Positions 9,814 to 20,055 of a stretch of DNA of 64,000 nt are shown here, piece by piece. The notes beneath the pieces were generated by a model that searched no databases, was not told the origin of the DNA, and saw nothing but the letters and a program-made list of their open reading frames with translations. This DNA comes from a virus: the IMG/VR virus record IMGVR_UViG_2840468577_000004. The stretch is one strand, 5' to 3'. A program made the translations under genes and the position numbers. The stretch's first letter is position 1. Every line of letters begins with the position of its first letter.

Positions 9814-11253
9814 ACAGTTACCGATGACGGTGTCCATGTTGTCTTTATACAGGGCTTTGAGCTGGCTTTGCGCCTGCAGCACCAGGCAGGCAGAGATCTC
9901 ACGGCTTCGGATGGTCGCCATAAGACGCTCCAGGTTCGGGATCTGCCCGATATTTGCCGCCTCGTCGATCAGGCAGCGTACATGGATGGGAAGCCTTCCG
10001 CCATATATATCATCTGCCCGTTCGCACAAGCGGTTAAACAAAATGGAATAGATCAGACTGATCAAAAATGCAAAGGTCCCGTCCGTATCACTCATAATAA
10101 GGAAAAGAGCAGTCCGTTCATCCCCCAGCATATCCAGATCCAGTTCGTCATACATGGTAATTTCCCTGACTTCTTTAATGTCAAAAGGAGCCAGTCTGGA
10201 AGCACAGGAAATAAGGATCGACTTTGCTGTTTTTCCGGCAGCGAGCTTATATTTCTTATATTGACGCAGGGCAAAATGATCCGGGTCTTTTTGTTCCAGC
10301 GCGTCAAAGAGAAGGTCAACGGCATTTTTGAACGATTCATCATCCTCACGGACCTCCATTGCGTTCAGCATTTCTACCAGTGTGGCAAAATTCTGTTCGT
10401 TTGCCGGGGCTTCATAGTAGATATATCCGATCAGTGCCGTATAGAGCAGGGTTTCTGCTTTGACCCAGAAATCGTCTCCGGCTTTTCCTTCGCCTTTGGT
10501 ATTGGAGATCAGAGTCGTGACGATTTTCAAAATATCTTTCTCGGAATGAATGTAGGCGAATGGGTTAAAGTGCATACTTTTCTGAAAATTGATCGTATTG
10601 AATACCCGTATTTTATAGGGCTCATAGATGATCTTTCCTTTTTCATTCCGCACAGGCTTTCCGTCCTTGTCCAGCTTTGGCGTGCCTCGCTGTAACATCT
10701 TTCCGCATTCCACAAGGACTGTACCTTTCGGATCGGTGACGACGTAGGAACTGTGCATTTGCATCAGATTGGGCTTGATGAAAAAGCGCGTTTTTCCCGA
10801 ACCTGATCCTCCGACTACCAGTACATTTTTATTTCTTGCATTGGCCGGATTTTTGGGCCTTCCGTTTAACATCAGTCCTTCACTTTGGGTAAGAATGATA
10901 TTGTTTTCCGGCTTTGGGTCCATAAACGGGGCAATATCGGCTTTATTTCCCCAACGAGCTGAACCGTATTCCACATTTTTGCGGTATTTCTTAGCGTCTT
11001 TCCCTCTAAGATAGACTGCCAGCCGCATAATGGCTGCACCGCATAAACCGATCAGCCAGTCCATTGCCGCCCCCGGCCACATACTCTGAAACGCAAGGGC
11101 AAAGCCTTCGGACAGTCCTAACAGCTTTTGGGAAGCGTCCGCTCCGGGAGCCAGACGCACCGCCTCGCCCAGCTTGGCAAATACCAGAAGGAACAGAACA
11201 TAAGGCAGATGGAGAATGACCTGTTTTTTCATTGTTTCTGCATCGATCTTCAT
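9814..11253 (-). CDS. virD4: VirD4/TraG coupling protein, 5' exon
   Basis: YGSARW, Walker A GGSGSGKT, LIDEAANIG; 480 codons up to the intron. Confidence 0.93.
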
Positions 11254-11726
11254 CGTTCCGGTCCTCCGTGTTCTTTGTTCTTTACACGGTCACGGCCAAG
11301 CGACTGCGCCAGTTCTTTGAACTTATGAAGCTGTGTAAGCAGCGACGGTCTGGTGCTGCGTGTAAGGTCTTTCTTTGTATATTCCTTAAATGCTGCCGTC
11401 AGTGCATCCGCCTGGTTTGCCTTGAAATATACCGTCCATTTTGGGGGATCGGTCCCAAGTTCCTTTTCTATATGGTAGCGTACCTGATGTTTCCTGGCAT
11501 ACCGTTCAAAAGAGCGGATTCGTCCTGAAACTTCAATGGTATTAGCTCCGGGGTCTTTATAAGTCAGCCGCTTCATACTGTTGCGTCCGACTCTTGGCAT
11601 TGTACGTTCCTGTTCCATCTTTTGGAGTACCGCAGCAATAGCCGCACGCAGTACCCGCCCTGACAGTTTTGCTGCCTGTATAGAAACAGAAACCGTTCGT
11701 TGTTCGAGATCTTCCTGCAAGAGCAT
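11250..11726 (-). CDS. PcfB-family protein
   Basis: Immediately upstream of virD4; FERYARKHQVRY...VYFKANQADALTAAFKEY. Confidence 0.8.
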   Translation of the reverse strand: MLLQEDLEQRTVSVSIQAAKLSGRVLRAAIAAVLQKMEQERTMPRVGRNSMKRLTYKDPGANTIEVSGRIRSFERYARKHQVRYHIEKELGTDPPKWTVYFKANQADALTAAFKEYTKKDLTRSTRPSLLTQLHKFKELAQSLGRDRVKNKEHGGPER

Positions 11727-11771
11727 CCTCCTTTCTGATAAAATCGGTATTTATAATATGGAAATAACTTT

Positions 11772-12587
11772 TTACCGGCTTTCCCCAAGAACCTGCTGTC
11801 GGGAAGCGTGTTCAAAGGCTTTTGCTGCCTGATCGACCTGAATTTTAGCGTGTTTCAAAAGCGTCTTGATGATCGTAGCCGGGCGTTCCTGTTCCTCCAG
11901 ATGATAGACCATCCCTTTGCACTCATCCGGGAGGTATTCCGCCATATCTTTCAACACATCGGAAAAGTTACCCATAAAGCCCCAGCAGCTATCCGACAAC
12001 TCCCCGTTTTTATAAAGCTCAAACCCATAACATTCGCCACGCAGATAGAAATCATAAGCGGCGACTTCACTGCGCATCAGTGCGTCCGCTTTCTGCCGGA
12101 TGGCGCCGGTCATCTTGTCAGCGTCAAATTCCTTTAGGGCATCTTCTTTGGAAACATAGATCCAGCCAACCTGTCCGCTGTCCCATTCTGCATGAGGAGC
12201 CCTGCCTGAGAAACTTTCTGTACTCATGGCAAGACCGGAGTGGTCGTAGAGATAAAGGGGGAGCATCAGATACTTTTCCGAAATTACGTTCTGCATTGCT
12301 TCATCGATCGCCCGTTCCTCTGTCTTTGGTCCATGCCGGAAACGGCTGCTTACAATGTTTACCATCCGTTCATAGCGTTTCATGCCGGCTTCATCATGTC
12401 CTACGGTATCTAAATACATTTCCCGCAGGAAGTCATCTTTGTCCATATGGTTGTGATGGTCGCCCAGCGCATAGCGGGGATGAAAGCATACCATCGTCCC
12501 AAAATGTTCATCTACCTCACGGGGAGAGATCAGAATATCGTCCGGCTGCACCATAAGGGCATAAGGTTCATTTACTGCCATTAACAT
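11772..12587 (-). CDS. ICE hypothetical protein
   Basis: 271 aa; LPLYLYDHSG...WDSGQVGWIY motif typical of mobile-element proteins. Confidence 0.7.
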   Translation of the reverse strand: MLMAVNEPYALMVQPDDILISPREVDEHFGTMVCFHPRYALGDHHNHMDKDDFLREMYLDTVGHDEAGMKRYERMVNIVSSRFRHGPKTEERAIDEAMQNVISEKYLMLPLYLYDHSGLAMSTESFSGRAPHAEWDSGQVGWIYVSKEDALKEFDADKMTGAIRQKADALMRSEVAAYDFYLRGECYGFELYKNGELSDSCWGFMGNFSDVLKDMAEYLPDECKGMVYHLEEQERPATIIKTLLKHAKIQVDQAAKAFEHASRQQVLGESR

Positions 12588-12604
12588 AATTGGCTCCTTT
12601 CTTT

Positions 12605-13021
12605 CTACAAATCCGGGCCGGAATGGTGCATCATCGGTTTTTCCCGGCGCTCATTGGTTGCAGGCTGCTTGACTGCAATGATCTCGCCGGCAAGCCTTGC
12701 AAATTTTTCAGGGTACTTGAATTGCTCCCCATATTTCTCCATCAGATCCGGGGAAAGGTCTGTAAAATTTTCCTCGCCAAGACCAACGATCAGAAAATTC
12801 CCGGACACAATATCATAGATGTGGCCGTCATCATCAAAGAGAGCCCGGTTCAGAGGCAGCCCCATCAGCTTGCCTTCTTCATTACAGATCAGAGCCACCG
12901 GGTCCTCATACGGATAGACCGCCTGAATATCTCCGCCCACTGCCGCCTGCAAGGATTTCAGACCACTTTCGATCTCCGCAGCATAAGGGGACTTGCCCGG
13001 CTCTACCATTAACACTTTCAT
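12605..13021 (-). CDS. DUF3846-like protein
   Basis: LQAAVGGDIQ...ICNEEGKLMGLPLNR. Confidence 0.8.
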   Translation of the reverse strand: MKVLMVEPGKSPYAAEIESGLKSLQAAVGGDIQAVYPYEDPVALICNEEGKLMGLPLNRALFDDDGHIYDIVSGNFLIVGLGEENFTDLSPDLMEKYGEQFKYPEKFARLAGEIIAVKQPATNERREKPMMHHSGPDL

Positions 13022-13860
13022 AATTGTATATCCTCCTTCTTTTTCATTGTCGTACCGGGAGCGGTTGGCGTTTTTTCCTGAGTTTTTGCCACAGAGAGCT
13101 TCCCCAGGACGGAAGGCTTCTCCCGGTTTTTGGGTGTAAAAATACCGCCCTCCGAAACCTCGGCGGCGGCATGTTCCGTTTTGGCCTGTTCCAGTCCTTC
13201 AACCGTATAGCCAGGTAAAAGAGTACCGTGAACCATAAAATGGTGCTCATATTCTTTCGGGATTGGCGGGGAAATTTCCGTGAATAAATGGGAATAGGCT
13301 TTCTTTCGCCCGTCCAGGTATTTTATGGCTGCGTTCTTATCTGTATATCGTTTCTGGTTTTGTCCGGCAATCTTTGCTCCATATCCCTGCTTCGGGGAAT
13401 GAATACGGACTTCCCATGTCACATACCAGGCAATCGGAACACTCTGTTTGGTTTCTCTGTCATATTTCGTATCTTCCCAAATACTGCAGGTCATCTGATA
13501 GACCCGGTTGCTGATTTTCTGATCCGCCCTCCAGTTATCGGTGTCTTTCCACTGGTTGCCGGTATGTTCAATCTCCGGTGTACGAAGATATTCCAAAGCC
13601 CGGTTGATCGTCTGTGTTGCCGCTGCCTGCTGTTCCCACTGTTTTGCGGCAGCCACCACGATTTCATAGGCTTTCTGCTCCCCGTCGATACTTTCTTGGC
13701 GCATGGCTTCCAGGCTATCTGTTCCCATTGTGATCAGAGTAGAAATATCCACATTTTCACAAACTACGCTGTGTTCAATTTTAAGATCTGATCCCGGCGT
13801 TAAGTGGTCGCCATACCGGTAGGCATGGTAATCCCTGTTTTCTTCCAAAATGCTGTTCAC
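13018..13860 (-). CDS. ICE hypothetical protein
   Basis: 280 aa ORF with RBS, co-oriented and tightly packed. Confidence 0.7.
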   Translation of the reverse strand: MNSILEENRDYHAYRYGDHLTPGSDLKIEHSVVCENVDISTLITMGTDSLEAMRQESIDGEQKAYEIVVAAAKQWEQQAAATQTINRALEYLRTPEIEHTGNQWKDTDNWRADQKISNRVYQMTCSIWEDTKYDRETKQSVPIAWYVTWEVRIHSPKQGYGAKIAGQNQKRYTDKNAAIKYLDGRKKAYSHLFTEISPPIPKEYEHHFMVHGTLLPGYTVEGLEQAKTEHAAAEVSEGGIFTPKNREKPSVLGKLSVAKTQEKTPTAPGTTMKKKEDIQL

Positions 13861-13866
13861 CTCCTG

Positions 13867-15891
13867 CTATATTTCCGGCTCATGGTTTTTTCTGGAAATC
13901 GTCTGTGCCGGTGATTTTTTATCTGCCGGTCTGTTTGCCGCAAGCTGATCCATCACGGAAGGACGGCCGACGCCGAACATGGATAGTTGACCGTCCGCTG
14001 CCTCATGAAGTTCAGAAACAGAGAGGGGAAGCGTTACATCAGCATGGGTCAATAGCTGTTCCCGTTTCAAATCCTGAATGATCTCGTCAAAAACAGCGTT
14101 GATCGCACGGCGTTCTTCCCCCACAGGGAAGGCTTTCAATACCTCCATTTCTCCGCCTTTACCGGAAACCAGGGTAAGGGCACAGTCGGCATGGCCTGCC
14201 AGATAATCCGATGTGTAGGGCAGTTTGTCCTTGATATAACAGGCAAAGGCTCTGGCTGTCATTTCCACGTTGCTGTCCCAATAACCGCCGTCTTTTTCAC
14301 ATTCTTTTCCCATACGTACCGAATTACGGTAAAAATCAGTTTCCGTCCGTCCAATCTGCGGAGCTTCCTGTGCCTGCATCCCGGAAAGCATACGCTCAAA
14401 AATTTCCAGCCGTTCCCGTTCACTTTTGGGAATTACCCGGCCGGTAACATTCTTCTTAAATGCGCTGATCTGTTCCACAGAGCCGGGTTCGCCGGACAAA
14501 AATGCTTCCCGCAAGACTGCGTAGGCTTCCATCTGTTCCTCATTGCCATACCGTTTCAGGGAGGCAAGAACCGAGGAATCCAGCCAGCTTGCCGCATTTT
14601 TCCGGGTGCGTTCTGTTTGTGCTTCCGTGCGCTTTGCTGCCTGTTCCGGTGTTTCCGGTTTATACTTCATGGTGTCAATGAGTTTTTGGAACGGTGCATA
14701 GAGGCGGGGCTGTTCTGACAGCATCCCTTTTGCGCCCATCTTTGTACCAAGATAATCGTCAAGTCCATGCCACCATTCATGTGCCAGCGAACCGGCCCCG
14801 TGCATTTTCGTAAGATTGATGACTGTACGCAAAGGTTCATAATGAGCTGCAGCATTGCCGCTGCCTCTTGCACCAAAAGCGATAGCAAGTGTTCCCTGAT
14901 AAGCAATATCTTTATCGCTGATCTTAAGGGCTGACGCCAGATCCTTTAGTGCTTCAAATCCCATGTTAAGGGAGGTCTGCCGGTCGTTCTGGTTCATCCA
15001 GTTTCCAAACTCACCGCCGCGGAACCCAAAGGTATCAAGATAATGCTGTCCGGTGATCTCCACGCCATTCCGATAATCCGGTCCGGTACGTTTGACATGG
15101 GCAAGCTGTGGAGGGACAAAACGGATCTTTCCGTTTTTGTTCCTGCCTTTGGCAAGTTCCTGCACCCATTTCAGGGCAGCTTCTTTGGTCCCAAAATTGG
15201 TCCGCAGGATCGAATAGCCTTTTGTCACATAGTAGGTACCGGGTTTCCAGTCCCCATTTTTAGAATAGGTCTGTTTCCCGTCGTTGAAGTGGATCGCATA
15301 ACCTTTCGGTATTTTCTGCTCTTTGGAAACACAAAACTGTTCCTTTTTTGCTTCCTGAGTAAAGTTGCGCTCAAAATATTCAGCTGAGCGGATCAGCATG
15401 GTATTGGACAATTTGTTTGTGATCACGGGATTGTCCTGTCCCTTTTTCGTTGCCCGGTAATGGATTCCGCTTCCCCAGCCCTGTACCTTTTCTAAATATC
15501 CATTGTCAACGAAAAAGCGGTCATAGGCTCTCACAGCATCCTCCACAGTACGGACATCTGAAAGCACTGTCTGCAATTCCCGGACTGTTTTTATATATTC
15601 CTTTTGTCTCGCGGTCCGTTTTTCCGGGGTGTCATCCGTGCGGTAATACTGAGGGGAAGCGTTTAAGCCGTCTCTTGCTTTTTTAATAAAATAGACCACG
15701 CCAAGAGGAATCCCTTCCTCCAGCATGGCTGCATAGTCCGGCTTTTTCCAAACATTATCCTTTTTCACAAATTTTTCGGCTTCGCGCTCATTCATGGCTT
15801 CCAGATCATCTGCATACAGCCCGCGGTCTTTCCACAGGTCTTTTTTCGCACCGCCGATCTTTTCGCCGAAATCTTCATGCACTCCTGCCAA
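13867..15891 (-). CDS. Polyvalent-protein-associated (LPD-type) protein with a zincin-like motif
   Basis: N-terminal EDFGEKIGGAKKD; FGFRGGEFGNW; GSLAHEWWHGLD; EMTARAFACYI. Confidence 0.75.
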   Translation of the reverse strand: MAGVHEDFGEKIGGAKKDLWKDRGLYADDLEAMNEREAEKFVKKDNVWKKPDYAAMLEEGIPLGVVYFIKKARDGLNASPQYYRTDDTPEKRTARQKEYIKTVRELQTVLSDVRTVEDAVRAYDRFFVDNGYLEKVQGWGSGIHYRATKKGQDNPVITNKLSNTMLIRSAEYFERNFTQEAKKEQFCVSKEQKIPKGYAIHFNDGKQTYSKNGDWKPGTYYVTKGYSILRTNFGTKEAALKWVQELAKGRNKNGKIRFVPPQLAHVKRTGPDYRNGVEITGQHYLDTFGFRGGEFGNWMNQNDRQTSLNMGFEALKDLASALKISDKDIAYQGTLAIAFGARGSGNAAAHYEPLRTVINLTKMHGAGSLAHEWWHGLDDYLGTKMGAKGMLSEQPRLYAPFQKLIDTMKYKPETPEQAAKRTEAQTERTRKNAASWLDSSVLASLKRYGNEEQMEAYAVLREAFLSGEPGSVEQISAFKKNVTGRVIPKSERERLEIFERMLSGMQAQEAPQIGRTETDFYRNSVRMGKECEKDGGYWDSNVEMTARAFACYIKDKLPYTSDYLAGHADCALTLVSGKGGEMEVLKAFPVGEERRAINAVFDEIIQDLKREQLLTHADVTLPLSVSELHEAADGQLSMFGVGRPSVMDQLAANRPADKKSPAQTISRKNHEPEI

Positions 15892-15921
15892 TCTTCATCA
15901 CCTCCAGTCAGTGTAAAATTC

Positions 15922-16824
15922 TTATCGCTCCGGGGCAGGGCGGCGTTCTTCGTTTTTGTGAAGTTGTGGGAGGTTTCCTGTGAGCCGGTCAGTTTCCCTG
16001 CGGATCAGTTTGTCCAGAGCGCCTAAATCCTCCGGTGCAATGGCAAACTCCCGGTAATTTTCATACCACAGGCCCGTAGAGATTGCCGCGATGGGCGCAA
16101 TTTTCTCCGAACCGGATGGAAGAAGGCGATACACAGGGGCTTCGTCATAAAGAAGCATCTGCTTTGCCGTTCCCTGTGGTATGCGGTACTTATCCATATC
16201 CGGGTTCTGGGCTGCCTCCATATATTGCATATTCAGGCGTTCTTCTAAATCCTGGGGCATATAACGAAATGCCTGATCCATCCACTGTCTGAACATCGTG
16301 GAATAGTGGTACTGCCATTCCGTAACTTGATTCGGGGCATAAGAAAATCCCCAACTTTTCAGAGCATCTTTTTCGTAAAGCTCCATTTCAGTCCATTCTT
16401 TCAGGCTGACCGTAGCCGCTGAACCATCTTTGCGTTCAATATTGACGCCGCAGGGATAGAGGATATTTCTTTTTATATCCTGCCGCAGCGTGTCTAAATC
16501 CATCATCAGGACATCTCCGTACAAGTGACCGCCCTCGCTCCGATCCGTATGAAACAGGAAAGCCCTCGCTCCGATGAACTCCGTTGTTAAGATCATTTGA
16601 TGAAGATCCGCCGTAGAACAATAAGCAAATAAGGCGTCGGAAAGCCACATGTGATTTTTCCCCATGATGGCAATGGAATCAGCCCCGGTATTTGTTGCCA
16701 GAGAACGCATATTGAATTCGCATTCTCTAAGAAAATCTCCGGCAAAAATATGGAGTTCATACGCAAAGACGGATAAGTCTGTATCGCGGATTAAATGAAT
16801 CTGCGGTAGTGATTCCTGATTCAA
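15922..16824 (-). CDS. ICE hypothetical protein
   Basis: 300 aa ORF with GGAGG RBS. Confidence 0.65.
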   Translation of the reverse strand: MNQESLPQIHLIRDTDLSVFAYELHIFAGDFLRECEFNMRSLATNTGADSIAIMGKNHMWLSDALFAYCSTADLHQMILTTEFIGARAFLFHTDRSEGGHLYGDVLMMDLDTLRQDIKRNILYPCGVNIERKDGSAATVSLKEWTEMELYEKDALKSWGFSYAPNQVTEWQYHYSTMFRQWMDQAFRYMPQDLEERLNMQYMEAAQNPDMDKYRIPQGTAKQMLLYDEAPVYRLLPSGSEKIAPIAAISTGLWYENYREFAIAPEDLGALDKLIRRETDRLTGNLPQLHKNEERRPAPER

Positions 16825-16906
16825 TCAAATTCCTCCTTTCATGTGAAGCAGCTCTTTGACCTGCTCATTTTCCGCAAACGGCTGGCTATCTGTCCCCGCC
16901 ATTTAA

Positions 16907-17194
16907 TCAATCCCTCCCATCTGCCGGTAGCTGCCCGCCGGCAATCTTGCCGACAATCTCCGGACCGGTTTCATAAATCTGCATGAGGCGTTTTGCTGTG
17001 CCGCAAGGCTGTGCAGCTCCGCTGGTCCAAAGACGCACTGTGGATGGGGCAACATTCATCAAAAGCGCAAAGCCCTTTTCGTTCATGTCCAGCTTTTTCA
17101 TCAGCGATTTAACCATATCGGGGCCGTAGTCTGGACACCGGGAAGCCTCGGCAATCATCTGCAAAGCGGTATTTTCAATTTTTTTCATTTTCAA
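16907..17194 (-). CDS. XRE-type helix-turn-helix protein
   Basis: MNEKGFALLMNVAPSTVRLWTSG HTH. Confidence 0.8.
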   Translation of the reverse strand: MKMKKIENTALQMIAEASRCPDYGPDMVKSLMKKLDMNEKGFALLMNVAPSTVRLWTSGAAQPCGTAKRLMQIYETGPEIVGKIAGGQLPADGRD

Positions 17195-17220
17195 ATCCTC
17201 CTGTTATTTGTTTTCCAGCC

Positions 17221-17445
17221 TTATGCCGGGGCAAAGCTGATCTGGTTGTGTTTCATCCTTTTGGCAAAGTCCGGCATCGAATAATTTACCCCGTCAATTT
17301 CTGCATGGGTGTCATCCAGACGATGACAAACAGCAAAGTGCCTGTCCCCGTTTCCATAGAACAGGCAGAGTAAACCATTGTCGGGAATGGAAAACAGCGC
17401 TTTTCCGGCGCTGTCTGTAAAGCAGATATGTTGAGATCCATTCAT
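17221..17445 (-). CDS. Small ICE hypothetical protein
   Basis: ATG 17445 after GGAGG (MNGSQHICF...); 74 aa. Confidence 0.6.
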   Translation of the reverse strand: MNGSQHICFTDSAGKALFSIPDNGLLCLFYGNGDRHFAVCHRLDDTHAEIDGVNYSMPDFAKRMKHNQISFAPA

Positions 17446-17458
17446 GTTGAAATCCTCC

Positions 17459-18439
17459 CTAAATTGAAACAGCCGCCTCTTTTGGGCGGCGTTGGTGCTG
17501 GCTGGTTTGCAGTTGTTCCCGAACCAGCAGCAATTTCTCATTGTAATCTTTTCCCATCCGGGGAGGGTTGACACTTACCCGGATATGACGGAAACGTTTA
17601 TCCTCGTGAAGCATGGTCTTGATTTTCCGGGCATTGACAAATCCGGCAAGGTCGTGGTCCATATAAAGGGTAACACGCCGTATCTCCGGGTGGCGTTCCA
17701 GGAAAGAAGTCAGCGCCACATGGGAAGTACCGCCCAAAGACAAGCGATAACCATTCCATTTCCATCCCTCCAGCTCTTGAAGTGTCGCATGGGAAAGCGC
17801 ATCAATAGGAGCTTCAAAGACTGCCACATGCCGGCTGCCCGGACTTTGCGGGGGATAACAAAAGTTATATCCTTTGTCGCTGCCATAGACATCCTTTTTG
17901 AGATTGCCGCTGATACTGCGCATACAGGCAAACTTCGCTTTCCCGGAATCATCTTTCCCAACAAACACACAAACCGGTTCTCCATGATACCGGGCTTCGT
18001 AAAAAATCCCGGCTTGTAAACACTGGCGAATGACTTCTGAGCTGATCCCCCGTTTCTGCAAATAGAAGACCGCAGCGGTCGCGCAACGTCTGGCCCAGGG
18101 GAGAGCGAATGTTTTCTTTTCCGGCTCTTTTGATACCTGTATTTCTGCCGTACTTCGGTAAGCCGGTTCCTGTGGGATTTCGCCACCTACCAGAGCATGA
18201 ACCGCATCCACAAGACCATATCCCCGAATCTGGATCAGGTAGTCCAGCGCATTGATACTCCGTCCGCGGCTGTTCCAGTACCAGTACCTTTTCCCGGTCA
18301 CATATACCAGACTGTCATGCTCCTTATGCCGGAAATTAGGTCCATCCTGTTTCAGCACGCCGGGTTCATGGAATTGCAGGTAAGTAAACAAGTCAGCTTC
18401 CCGCGCTGCCTGAATCTGTTCTTTGGTTACGCCGGGCAT
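17459..18439 (-). CDS. Primase-like DUF3991/Toprim protein
   Basis: EHDSL...WYWNS, YLQKRGIS, VFEAPIDALS, DHDLAG, KDYNE. Confidence 0.85.
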   Translation of the reverse strand: MPGVTKEQIQAAREADLFTYLQFHEPGVLKQDGPNFRHKEHDSLVYVTGKRYWYWNSRGRSINALDYLIQIRGYGLVDAVHALVGGEIPQEPAYRSTAEIQVSKEPEKKTFALPWARRCATAAVFYLQKRGISSEVIRQCLQAGIFYEARYHGEPVCVFVGKDDSGKAKFACMRSISGNLKKDVYGSDKGYNFCYPPQSPGSRHVAVFEAPIDALSHATLQELEGWKWNGYRLSLGGTSHVALTSFLERHPEIRRVTLYMDHDLAGFVNARKIKTMLHEDKRFRHIRVSVNPPRMGKDYNEKLLLVREQLQTSQHQRRPKEAAVSI

Positions 18440-18516
18440 AGTACCGGCACAGTGTTTCTTTTCATTGTGCTTTGCCTCCTTCCTGTGATGAAATGAAAAA
18501 AGACACCCAAAGGTGC

Positions 18517-19389
18517 CTAACAGCCGTACAGGTCGTGATTGACCTCGGCACGGTAATAGCTGTCCATTGTAGCCGGGGCATTATACAGCGCCGCCAGCAG
18601 ATACGCTTTGATGTTTCCGACCTTCGTTGTGTTCTTGTCGATACAGTCAAAGACATACTCTAAGTGGCCGGAATTGATCTTCAGGAACCGGCTCTTGACG
18701 ATTTCCCTCGGAAAATCATCTCCGGCAATGCGAATGTAAGGGCGTTTCGACAAAATCACTTCAAGCATAAGTTCAAGGGCTTCATCCAAACGTTCCCTGC
18801 CATACCGTAAGACCAGTAAGTCATATTCAATATTTTCTTTGATGATTTCACGATAGGCTTCTATCAGCTCTATCCGATCCATCCCATCCGTGCGGTTTGC
18901 CGCTTCCGGCTCTGCCGGATAGATTGATGGATAAGTTATTGATTTATCTTTTTTTGATTTTTTTGTTTTTAATGGATTAGTATTTAATTGTGCCGGATTT
19001 TCCTGTTCAGGTTCCGCCTGTTTAGGTTTTGCCTGTTCTGGTTTTACCTGTCTTGGATTTTCCCGTTTAGGTGAAAGCCCTGTGTTTTCGGTACTTACAG
19101 GCTGCTCATGGATCGTATATTCAATGTCTCCCAACTGCCCGTTATCATAGCGGAGGCGCTGTCTGGTGAGATAACCATGCCGCTCCAGTTCCTTCAGGGC
19201 AGTAGTGATAGAATCCACACCATCCTTGCAGATATGGGCGAGTCCCTTTGTGGTATAATCCCAATCTTCCGGCAGCGACAACATAAGTGATAAAAGCCCC
19301 TTTGCCTTTAAGGACAACTCCGTATTGCGCAGATGGTGATTGCTCATTATCGTAAAGTCCTTTGTTTTCTCTACACGGAATACTGCCAT
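18517..19389 (-). CDS. ICE replication initiator-like protein (N-terminal wHTH, DUF6017-like C-terminus)
   Basis: FTIMSNHHLRNTELSLKAKGLLS; NIKAYLLAALYNAPAT. Confidence 0.8.
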   Translation of the reverse strand: MAVFRVEKTKDFTIMSNHHLRNTELSLKAKGLLSLMLSLPEDWDYTTKGLAHICKDGVDSITTALKELERHGYLTRQRLRYDNGQLGDIEYTIHEQPVSTENTGLSPKRENPRQVKPEQAKPKQAEPEQENPAQLNTNPLKTKKSKKDKSITYPSIYPAEPEAANRTDGMDRIELIEAYREIIKENIEYDLLVLRYGRERLDEALELMLEVILSKRPYIRIAGDDFPREIVKSRFLKINSGHLEYVFDCIDKNTTKVGNIKAYLLAALYNAPATMDSYYRAEVNHDLYGC

Positions 19390-19418
19390 TGTACCGCCTC
19401 CTTTCTTCGACTATTCCG

Positions 19419-19940
19419 TTACAAGGCATGATCCCTGCGGTCATAATGGAGATGACCGTCAGAGACCTTCGCATGGTTTTTCAGTTTCACTTCGCCCCGT
19501 TCCTGGCTCTCTAAAAATTTCTGATAGCCGGCATCTGTAAGGAACAAGCGCATCTTATCGCCTTTGTCGCCAACAGGGGAATCGTAAGACAATACATCAA
19601 AGACGATCATGTGCTTTACTTCTGGATCAAAGCGTTCAAGTGCCATGATGTCATGCCCCTTCAATTTTTCTGCCCCTGATTGTTGTCTGGCCTCGGCGAT
19701 CTTTTCTCCAATCGTCCGGGCTGGATAGGGCAGACGGTAATTCTTCTGAATATCTTTTACCAAGTCCATGCACTCTGCATTTGACAGAACACGAAGTTTT
19801 GCCATAAGACCTTCTGCCGCCTCCCGCTGTTCGGAATTATTTGAATACCGCACGGTCATATAAAGTTCATTCAGGATCTTTGTCTGATAATCGCCCTCCA
19901 CTTGAAAGAGCAGCTTTTTTTCCATTTCGTTTAATTCCAT
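19419..19940 (-). CDS. First ICE gene, hypothetical (DUF5720-like C-terminus)
   Basis: 173 aa with AGGAG RBS. Confidence 0.6.
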   Translation of the reverse strand: MELNEMEKKLLFQVEGDYQTKILNELYMTVRYSNNSEQREAAEGLMAKLRVLSNAECMDLVKDIQKNYRLPYPARTIGEKIAEARQQSGAEKLKGHDIMALERFDPEVKHMIVFDVLSYDSPVGDKGDKMRLFLTDAGYQKFLESQERGEVKLKNHAKVSDGHLHYDRRDHAL

Positions 19941-20055
19941 GTGGATCTCCTTTCTCTCGAAAATGAGTATGAAAAAAGGGCGTCCACCTATAAAAGTGAA
20001 ACGCCCTTTGGCTTATACACTATTAAATTTTATATACAAAGCAAGTTTGCCGCTG

